From: Candidatus Hermodarchaeota archaeon
GTDB taxonomy: Archaea; Asgardarchaeota; Lokiarchaeia; Sigyniarchaeales; SOKP01
NCBI GenBank assembly: GCA_048885525.1
Contig: JBHLLP010000014.1
Span: 17,719 to 81,718, forward strand
Direction of reading: 5' to 3'
DNA length: 64,000 nucleotides
Part shown: positions 1-7,507 of the stretch, piece after piece
How the letters are laid out: each line of letters opens with the position of its first letter
Numbering within the stretch: the first letter of the stretch is position 1
Notes under the pieces: generated by a model
Told to the model about the DNA's origin: nothing
The model's input: only the letters and a program-made list of their open reading frames with translations
The model's database searches: none
Position numbers and translations under genes: made by a program

Positions 1-556
1 TTGAAACTTGTGGTATAGAAACCAAAAAATTACCCTCAGGTTTATAATCAATTACTTTAACAACATCATTTTGAATTTCAATTAAATCAATATGACCTGT
101 AATTACTTTTTTTTTTTCTTCATTCCAAATTGGAACTTCTATAGCTATTGCATCCTTATCTTTTATTAAAATATTTTTTAATATGGGATCGTGTCCTGGT
201 ACACCTAAAAAATTATTTGTTCGATAAATTTCATAAACCTTTTGAGCATATTTAGGTAATTTTGAATTAGAATCATGATATTGAATTTTACCGGATCTAA
301 TAAGATTTTTACTAAAACTCCTAATAAAAGCTGGTTTAATACCTTTAATTTTAAATTTGGATACTCTTGGAAATTGTTTTGAATTAAATAAATCGTTAGG
401 GATTAATCCTTCATAAGTTTTTTTAAAATGTTCTTTTAGTTTATTTAATTCTTCTATATTAGCAGTTATTTGAGAGTATTTTTCTTTATGGTGTTTTTTA
501 TTCCAATTAAAGGAATAAGGAATATTTTGATGAATAAAAACTTTTCTTTTAAGCAA
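1..556 (-). CDS. PD-(D/E)xK nuclease superfamily protein (RecB/Cas4-like), 3' end runs off the window
   Basis: Not in the ORF track. Manual translation from TTG at 556 is open to position 1 and gives ...IAIEVPIW..ITGHIDLIEIQNDVVKVIDYKPEGNFLVSIPQV (E, GxID, DYK and PQ motifs). Confidence 0.7.
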   Translation of the reverse strand, partial: MLKRKVFIHQNIPYSFNWNKKHHKEKYSQITANIEELNKLKEHFKKTYEGLIPNDLFNSKQFPRVSKFKIKGIKPAFIRSFSKNLIRSGKIQYHDSNSKLPKYAQKVYEIYRTNNFLGVPGHDPILKNILIKDKDAIAIEVPIWNEEKKKVITGHIDLIEIQNDVVKVIDYKPEGNFLVSIPQVS

Positions 557-1025
557 GATTAATACTCTCTTAGAATTTACTAAATCTTGATAATATAATA
601 AATATAAGTCTTAAAGTAAATTAAAGAATTTGATTTATTAAAAGAGATATGTTAACAATTTATTAATTTATTAGGAAGAGTTATCTCAATTTATCTGATA
701 TATATTGATATCAAGCTAATATTAAAAGAATTTATACAAATTTAATTAATTAAATATTTTCTTATTTTGAAATGTTTTGCTAATAGCAAAATTTCTGATA
801 GATTCCTATTGATTGGGATTTAAATTTATAGAATTCTTTTAATTCCTTAAAAAATTTTGTGTAGAATTATTAAGATTAAACAGTATTAAAAATATGGTGT
901 TTAATAAAAAATTAGGGTTTTTATATCAAGATTCAATTTATCGTTAAAATCTATATATTTTAAGATTGAGGTTTGTATTAAAGTAAAAATATTTAAAGAA
1001 TTAAGTAAAAGGAGATATTTAATCA

Positions 1026-1511
1026 ATGGAAAAAGACATTAAAAACGATAATTCGAAAAAGAAAATCAAAGTTGAGGATAAAGAGGGCTTAACATTAACC
1101 TATTGTAAAGAAGATTTTCTTAAAAAATTCCCTCACTTAATAAGGGAAGTGGCCGAAAACATAAAATCAATAAAAATAAATTCAATTAATTCTCAAATTG
1201 AGTGTAATTTTGAAGAAGAACAACCAAAATCGAAAAATTTCTACCCAAATGAATTATATAATCCTGGAGCGATTGATTTTATTAGAAGATGTTCAAAAAT
1301 AGAGGAAGTAATTGAGATTTTAGACTATTTAATGAATAGAGATGAAATTACTGAAGAAGATTATAATAAGTATAAAGATATAATTTCACAAGAAGGAGGT
1401 TTGGACCGGCTTATTAACGAGAGTGGTGGTCCAAAACATCCGGGATATTATTTAAAAAAGTATTATAAAAAGGACATTAAAAATGAAAAAATAAATAGTA
1501 AAGAGGATTAA
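1026..1511 (+). CDS. DUF2095-like conserved archaeal protein
   Basis: F..KFPHL..E and YNPGAIDFIRRC..EE..EILDYL..R.EI...GYY motifs; GGAG SD upstream. Confidence 0.7.
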   Translation: MEKDIKNDNSKKKIKVEDKEGLTLTYCKEDFLKKFPHLIREVAENIKSIKINSINSQIECNFEEEQPKSKNFYPNELYNPGAIDFIRRCSKIEEVIEILDYLMNRDEITEEDYNKYKDIISQEGGLDRLINESGGPKHPGYYLKKYYKKDIKNEKINSKED

Positions 1512-1519
1512 TATCATAT

Positions 1520-1592
1520 GACAAATGATGAACTTATGACAAAGTTAGCTACTTGCTCGGTAGCAATGACGTTGTCGCCCCAAACTGATGTC
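1520..1592 (+). ncRNA. Box C/D guide sRNA, predicted to guide 2'-O-methylation of the 23S P-loop G (E. coli G2251 equivalent)
   Basis: Terminal stem GACA(1520-23)/TGTC(1589-92); box C ATGATGA 1525-31; internal stem GCTAC/GTAGC; C'-like ATGACG; box D CTGA 1585-88; D guide TGTCGCCCCA is complementary to the conserved UGGGGCGGCA. Confidence 0.75.
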
Positions 1593-1610
1593 TTAACTTA
1601 TTAATACCTA

Positions 1611-1856
1611 TTATTCTAATCTTTTTCGAAAAAAAACTCCTTTCTCTGTTAAAAAATATTCATTATCATTTTTTTTTATGAGACCTAAATCAATTAAAAC
1701 TGGAAGTCTCCCATTTATGCATGAAATTGGTAACCCAGAAAATAATTTAATCATCTCGTAATTTTTTGCCCCATTATAGATAGCAACAAGTATTTCAATT
1801 CCCATATAACCTATAACATTTTTTAGATCTTCAACGGTGTCTTCATCGTAAGGCAT
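1611..1856 (-). CDS. small winged-helix (ArsR/HxlR-like) DNA-binding protein
   Basis: Short HTH followed by the wing signature L...GLI....YFLTEKG. Confidence 0.6.
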   Translation of the reverse strand: MPYDEDTVEDLKNVIGYMGIEILVAIYNGAKNYEMIKLFSGLPISCINGRLPVLIDLGLIKKNDNEYFLTEKGVFFRKRLE

Positions 1857-1953
1857 TATAACTCATTTATTAAAATTTTATAAGATATAAGAAACTAATT
1901 TTCATTTCTATGTTTTATAAAATAAATATTAATTTCTTATTGATGTTTTTCTT

Positions 1954-3183
1954 TTAGAATTTTTTTTTATTGGTTTTTAATGTAGACTTACGTTCTTCTT
2001 TTGATACACTTATTTTTTCAGACTCAATTGGTTCACTCATTTTTACTTTAGTGGAGTATTTATTCGCTACTACAGGTTCAGATTCTTTTGGTAACAGCTT
2101 TCTCATCCATTCTGGAAAGGCGGTAGTAATCTGTAAATTAGTTTTCAACACAATATATGTTTCACCATTATAATTTAGTTCTTCTATAACATCGTATTTC
2201 TTTAAGAAATTAATATTTTCCATCAAGGAATCTAAAGATTTCTTTGATACTAATTTTGGTAATTTATCTTTTGAAATTAGACCATTTCTTAATTCTGAAA
2301 GAACATTGTATTTTTTAGAATCAGCCATTATTTGAAATAATGTAAAAGCATCTTCTTTTATTTCTTCCTTACTTTTCTTTTCATATTCACTATAATATTC
2401 TTGGACTTTAGGGAGGAGTAGCTCTATTAGTTCTGGTTTATCATCAATATATTCTATAACACTATCTGGAGGTATTCTTTCTGCATTTACTTCTTTTAAT
2501 AAAAGAACATATCTTTCTACTAATCCTATTTGATTTATGAAAATAAACTGTTTATCAACTAGGGTTTCGATAATTCCATTAAAATCTTTTTCAGGGAATT
2601 TTTCAATAAACCATTCTCTTAACCACTCTAATGGTATTGGACCTTTAGATAATTTTTCTAAAGTTTTAAAAATATGTCTATCATTTAATAGGATAGCAAT
2701 TTTCTCTTCTTCGGTTTTTTCCCTAGTATCTTCGATGATTGTCCAATATAAATTATTTACCCATGCTTTTATTAAAGATTCATTTTTAATTATATTCTCT
2801 TGATCATCTTCATCAAAATTACTAATGTCAGTTATATAAAAAGCAGTAAAAATTTCTTCATTTGATTGTAATCTTTCTGAAAATTCAGAGCATAATTTTG
2901 ATATTTTCTCTTCAATTTCAGGGGGAATCAGCTGATCAAGGATTATTGAAACCATTAACATTTCTTTGTTTCCTCTCGCCCAATCTGAATGAATTTCAAA
3001 ATAATAATTCATCGATTTTAGATTTTCAAAAGAATGTGTAAAAAAACCCTCACTAAATTGCTGGTCCATAATGTTAGCTACTTTACCCGCTAATTCCTTT
3101 TCTAATATATTCTTTGGATAAGAATAGAACACTAATGGACCAATTTTGCGATGAAAATACGATAATGTAACGATAGTTTTCAA
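1954..3183 (-). CDS. uDENN/longin-domain protein (NPRL2/FLCN/SMCR8-like) with C-terminal winged-helix-like repeats
   Basis: N-terminus LSYFHRKIGPLVFYSYP resembles NPRL2 FSEFHPTLGPKITYQVP; FEIHSDWARG resembles FLCN FFIKDSLARG; TTG start. Confidence 0.65.
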   Translation of the reverse strand: MKTIVTLSYFHRKIGPLVFYSYPKNILEKELAGKVANIMDQQFSEGFFTHSFENLKSMNYYFEIHSDWARGNKEMLMVSIILDQLIPPEIEEKISKLCSEFSERLQSNEEIFTAFYITDISNFDEDDQENIIKNESLIKAWVNNLYWTIIEDTREKTEEEKIAILLNDRHIFKTLEKLSKGPIPLEWLREWFIEKFPEKDFNGIIETLVDKQFIFINQIGLVERYVLLLKEVNAERIPPDSVIEYIDDKPELIELLLPKVQEYYSEYEKKSKEEIKEDAFTLFQIMADSKKYNVLSELRNGLISKDKLPKLVSKKSLDSLMENINFLKKYDVIEELNYNGETYIVLKTNLQITTAFPEWMRKLLPKESEPVVANKYSTKVKMSEPIESEKISVSKEERKSTLKTNKKKF

Positions 3184-3392
3184 TTAATGAATCTCCATTA
3201 AGATTTCTTTTATTGAATAACAAGAACAGCTCTTTTTTTCTGTTTAACCTAAATTAAATTAATATTGAAGATTATATATTATTAAAGATAAATAAATTTA
3301 TCTTAACTTACCCTCTAATATCTTAGAATAATTAATATAACAAATCAATGTAATTTATTTTAATGAATCAATAATAAAATCGGAATTTATTT

Positions 3393-4139
3393 ATGAGCCC
3401 TATAAAATTAATTGGATTTGATTTAGATGATTGTCTATTTGACTCCACGGGATTATCTGAAAGGGCCAGAATTAAAGGCCTTGATGCAATGATTAACTTA
3501 GGCTTAGAAATTGACAAAAACAAAGCGGTAAGGATATTGAATGAAATTGTAAGAGAATATGGTTCAAATTCATCAAAACATTATAATCATTTCGTAAGAA
3601 GATTGAATCAAATGGATGAAAAAATAGAATTCATGTCATATAATGATCGATATAAATATATCGCTGCTGCTGTTATGGCTTATCATGAGGAAAAAGTAAA
3701 TTCGATAAAATTATATGATGATGTTAGAAATAGTTTAAGCAGATTAAAAGAATTATCAATAAAAACAGCAATCATAACCGATGGAATTCCAATAAAACAA
3801 TATGAAAAGATATTAAGACTCAAAATTGATAAATTGCTCGATTTAGTAGTTATCTCTGATGAAATTGGAATTAAAAAACCTAATCCAGAGTTATTTACTT
3901 ACTGTTTAAAAAAATTTAAAGTAAAAGGTCAAGAAACAATATATGTTGGAGATCGGTTAGATAAGGATATAGTACCTGCTAATATAAACAATATTTACAG
4001 TGTATATCTTCACAGGGGCGGAAAGTATGACAGTTATAAAAAAGAGTTTAAAATTCAAGGCTATTCTAAGCCAGATTATGAGATCTCTAATTTGAACGAA
4101 TTATTTGATATAATTGATGAGATTAATGATAAAGAGTAA
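3393..4139 (+). CDS. HAD-superfamily hydrolase (archaeal TIGR02253-like)
   Basis: FDLDDCL motif I, ITDG motif II, KP motif III, YVGDRLDKDI motif IV. Confidence 0.9.
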   Translation: MSPIKLIGFDLDDCLFDSTGLSERARIKGLDAMINLGLEIDKNKAVRILNEIVREYGSNSSKHYNHFVRRLNQMDEKIEFMSYNDRYKYIAAAVMAYHEEKVNSIKLYDDVRNSLSRLKELSIKTAIITDGIPIKQYEKILRLKIDKLLDLVVISDEIGIKKPNPELFTYCLKKFKVKGQETIYVGDRLDKDIVPANINNIYSVYLHRGGKYDSYKKEFKIQGYSKPDYEISNLNELFDIIDEINDKE

Positions 4140-4155
4140 AAGGTTATTCTATAAA

Positions 4156-4974
4156 ATGAGAGTAGCATGTATCCAACCACAAATCTTTCAAGAAAGAAAT
4201 AAATGTTATAATGAAATTGAACGAATTTTGAGAGAGCTTTTAGAAGTACATAAAAATTGCGAAATTATATGTTTACCTGAAAGATGGGTTCCTTTATTTA
4301 AAAATTCCTCTCTTAATTTTCAAGAACAAAGGGGCAAAGATTATTCTTTTATTCAAAATTTAGCTAGAGAATACAATATTAAGATTTTATCAGGAGCAAT
4401 TTGGGAAAAAAGAAGAGGTTTTAAAAAACCTGCCATAACCTGTTACTATTTTAATGAGAATGGCGAAGAAATTGGCAGACAAGATAAAATTCACCTCTAT
4501 GCTTATGAACGCGAGTATTTTGAGTCAAGCAACGAATTAAACTTATTTAAATTGAGCAATTCCCATCTTTTTACGATTCTAATATGTTTTGATATGGCTT
4601 TTTTTGAGACTCCTCGATTGGCTGTTGAAAATGGAGCAGATATACTATTCTCACCTACACAAATAAGGCAAGATGGAATGAAAAATTGGCAAATTTATTT
4701 AAAAGCACGAGCTCTTGAAAATCGCGTACCTATAGTGGCATGTAACACTTATGGAAGATATTTGAAAAGAAATTTCATAGGGAAGAGCAAAATCATTTCT
4801 TTCCATGAAGGGAATATATCTCCATCTAAATTAAAAATCGTAGAAGGTCCAAAAGATTCAAGTGGATTTATTTTTGACAATATCGATTTAATTTTTCCAA
4901 GAAAATTAAGAAATATTCGTTTAAAAGAACAAATTGATAAAAACAAAATAAAAGTCAAAATAATTAATAACTAA
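4156..4974 (+). CDS. carbon-nitrogen hydrolase (nitrilase/amidase family)
   Basis: E-K-C triad: CLPE, DKIHL, LICFD; ARALENR. Start moved to ATG 4156 (MRVACIQ). Confidence 0.88.
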   Translation: MRVACIQPQIFQERNKCYNEIERILRELLEVHKNCEIICLPERWVPLFKNSSLNFQEQRGKDYSFIQNLAREYNIKILSGAIWEKRRGFKKPAITCYYFNENGEEIGRQDKIHLYAYEREYFESSNELNLFKLSNSHLFTILICFDMAFFETPRLAVENGADILFSPTQIRQDGMKNWQIYLKARALENRVPIVACNTYGRYLKRNFIGKSKIISFHEGNISPSKLKIVEGPKDSSGFIFDNIDLIFPRKLRNIRLKEQIDKNKIKVKIINN

Positions 4975-4995
4975 AGTATAATCTTGTAATTTGAT

Positions 4996-5952
4996 ATGAA
5001 TGGTTTAAAAGAACTAAAAAAAATCCTTTTTTGTGGTTTAGAAAGTGGTGGGAAAACATCAATATTATTACTATTAGATAAGAAATTTAGTTTATTGCCT
5101 ACAGTCAAACCAACTATAAAAGCAAAAAGAAGTTTTCATACAAACTCGTTATTGGGAACGTCAATTGTCCGTTGGGATTTAGGTGGACAAAAGAGTTATA
5201 GAAAAATATATTTAGGTCATAAGAGTAGATATTTTACCGATATGCAATCAATATTTTATGTGATTGATGTTCAAGCACCAAATAAATTTGAAAAATCATT
5301 AATATTTCTTAAAGATATTATAAATATTACTTCTGAGTCACATCCTGAAAATTTTCAGTTCTTAATATTACTTCATAAATATGATCCGGATATTAAAAAT
5401 AATAAAGAAATTCTAAATCATGTGAAGTATTTAGAAAACCAAATCTCATCTGCTATTAAAGATATTAAATATTCCATTTTTAAGACTTCAATATATGATG
5501 AACCAAGTTTATTGAAGGCTTTTTCTGATGGTGTTTTTTACGCAACCCATAAATCAAAAATGTTTGAAACTTTATTGAAAGAATATATGAGTAAAACTTA
5601 CAATAGTTCTATGCTTTTATTAGATCAAAATTGTTTTATAATTGCTAGTAGAACCACTAATGAAGATTATCAGAGAATATGTGAAGCCATCGCTCCAAGA
5701 TTAACTCAAGCATTAGAAAAGTTAGAAGAATGGGACATAAATACAATTGATATTGTGACAAATGTAGAATTTCCAGGAAAACAATCAGAATTTCAAAAAG
5801 AGGGAATAATTTTTCTTAGAAAATTAGATATAAATAACACGAGACTATATTTAGTCGCACTCTGCCTAAATAAAAAAGTGAAAATTAAATCATATGAGTA
5901 TTTACCACTATTAGCAGATAATTTAAAAAATTTAGTAGAAAGTTTTGAATAA
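4996..5952 (+). CDS. Rag/Gtr-like small GTPase with C-terminal roadblock domain
   Basis: GLESGGKTS, WDLGGQ, LLHKYD, FKTSIYDE..LKAFS (HKxD and TSI[WY]D are Rag hallmarks), followed by a roadblock-like alpha/beta tail. Confidence 0.8.
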   Translation: MNGLKELKKILFCGLESGGKTSILLLLDKKFSLLPTVKPTIKAKRSFHTNSLLGTSIVRWDLGGQKSYRKIYLGHKSRYFTDMQSIFYVIDVQAPNKFEKSLIFLKDIINITSESHPENFQFLILLHKYDPDIKNNKEILNHVKYLENQISSAIKDIKYSIFKTSIYDEPSLLKAFSDGVFYATHKSKMFETLLKEYMSKTYNSSMLLLDQNCFIIASRTTNEDYQRICEAIAPRLTQALEKLEEWDINTIDIVTNVEFPGKQSEFQKEGIIFLRKLDINNTRLYLVALCLNKKVKIKSYEYLPLLADNLKNLVESFE

Positions 5953-6143
5953 TCTTTAACTTTATTCTTATATTACAAAATACTTTTTCATCTATTCCTT
6001 ATTTTAATTCTAAACCTGTTTGGATTTTAAGTTATAATTTTTTTTTTAAAATTTGATATATATTTTAATTTTACTTTTAATGACCTCTCTGGGTGGGGTT
6101 TAAATAGTTATGATTAAAATCAATTTAAATAAAGGTATAAAAA

Positions 6144-7337
6144 ATGATTGCTAAATTCAATGTAAATAAATATTATGCAGGTCCAAAAGCCTTATTTGAT
6201 CCAAATTATATCCCACCGCATCTTTTATATAGAAAAAAAGAAGAAGATTCTCTCTATTCAATTTTAAATGATTCATTATTTGATGAATTTAATCTCAATA
6301 TACTTTATCAAGGAATTAATGGTATTGGAAAGAAAGTAATAGTTAATAAAGTATTAAATGATCTTTTTAAACAAAATAGAGAATTTATTAAAATTAATAA
6401 AATTTGTGTGGATTGCAAGGAAAAACATCCTGAAGAAATAATTTTTTCATTACTAAGTAAAATAATTAGGTTATCAAATCTCAATTTCGATTTTCAACCA
6501 CTATTAAATTCAGAGATATCCCACTTATGGAATACGTTTAAATTTATTTGTAATAGGGACAATTCACATTTATTTTTTATATTTAATAACATCGAGTATT
6601 TACCACCGTATATTTTCAATAAATTTATACAATTTAGCAGGGAATCAAAAATAACTTTAATATCTACAATAAATAAAATTATACAACCTGGAACAATGGA
6701 GTTATTTTCTGAGTTTGATTTAAAAAAGAAGCTGAATTTCTATACTTATAGAGAGCTTTATTTTATTTTAAAACAGAGAGTATTATTGAGTTTTTCCCGT
6801 GAAATAGATAAAAACCTCATTAGATACATTACAGATTTGATCTGTGAGCAATATGTCCCTGTTCCGGGAAAAGGAATTCAAATACTTCGAGATTTATATC
6901 CAATATTAAAAAATCAACATTCTTTAAAAGATTTTGAAGTTTTGGAAATTTTTCAAAATGAATTTGATACATTTCACATTTCTGATGAATTCAGTATGAT
7001 AAATTATCTTTCTGAAGAAGATATATTAACAATAATATTTTTAGATAATCTTTCGAATTATTTTACTTCTAAAAATAAGTTTTATATCTCTTTAAAAGAA
7101 TTAAACGAATTATATAACATTTCATGTGAAACTTTAGAGTTTCAAAAATCTCTTAATGAATTTCGCGAATTAACTGAAGAAATGTTGAACATTGGAGTTT
7201 TAAAACCCTCAAAAAGAACATTTCACAAGAAAAGTAATAATGAGATTTTCAGTGGAGTAAATAATGATTACTTCTTCATATTGATTAATCCTAAAAAAAT
7301 AAAGGTAATTATTGATGCAATTTTTAACCAGCGTTAA
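6144..7337 (+). CDS. Cdc6/Orc1-like AAA+ protein with degenerate ATPase motifs
   Basis: FDPNYIPPHLLYRKKE N-terminal Cdc6 motif, VDC, FYTYRELYFILKQR, C-terminal WH-like region; Walker A GINGIGKK, Walker B FIFNNIE. Confidence 0.75.
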   Translation: MIAKFNVNKYYAGPKALFDPNYIPPHLLYRKKEEDSLYSILNDSLFDEFNLNILYQGINGIGKKVIVNKVLNDLFKQNREFIKINKICVDCKEKHPEEIIFSLLSKIIRLSNLNFDFQPLLNSEISHLWNTFKFICNRDNSHLFFIFNNIEYLPPYIFNKFIQFSRESKITLISTINKIIQPGTMELFSEFDLKKKLNFYTYRELYFILKQRVLLSFSREIDKNLIRYITDLICEQYVPVPGKGIQILRDLYPILKNQHSLKDFEVLEIFQNEFDTFHISDEFSMINYLSEEDILTIIFLDNLSNYFTSKNKFYISLKELNELYNISCETLEFQKSLNEFRELTEEMLNIGVLKPSKRTFHKKSNNEIFSGVNNDYFFILINPKKIKVIIDAIFNQR

Positions 7338-7507
7338 ATAGTTCTAAAATTTAAATATTTTTTTTAAAAATTTTAAAAAAAAAACATTTAAAGGCGCTTT
7401 CAAAAATCCGAAAATGTAAAGCAGATTTTTTTAATAAGATATCTTATATATTTATAGGTATAATCACACTATTTTTTTATTAATAAATGTAGAAATGGAG
7501 AAAAATT

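Noticed and set aside
557-1025. Long AT-rich intergenic region as ncRNA, origin or CRISPR leader
   Set aside because: No repeats, stable stems or boxes recognised; compatible with divergent promoters.
5953-6143. Replication origin (ORB) upstream of the cdc6-like gene; G-string GGGTGGGG at ~6091
   Set aside because: Single G-run, no repeated TTCCAGTGGAAAC-like ORB boxes, and the Cdc6 is degenerate.
7345-7395. Imperfect A/T palindrome before smc
   Set aside because: Made of homopolymer runs expected by chance at this AT content; may simply be a terminator or promoter.
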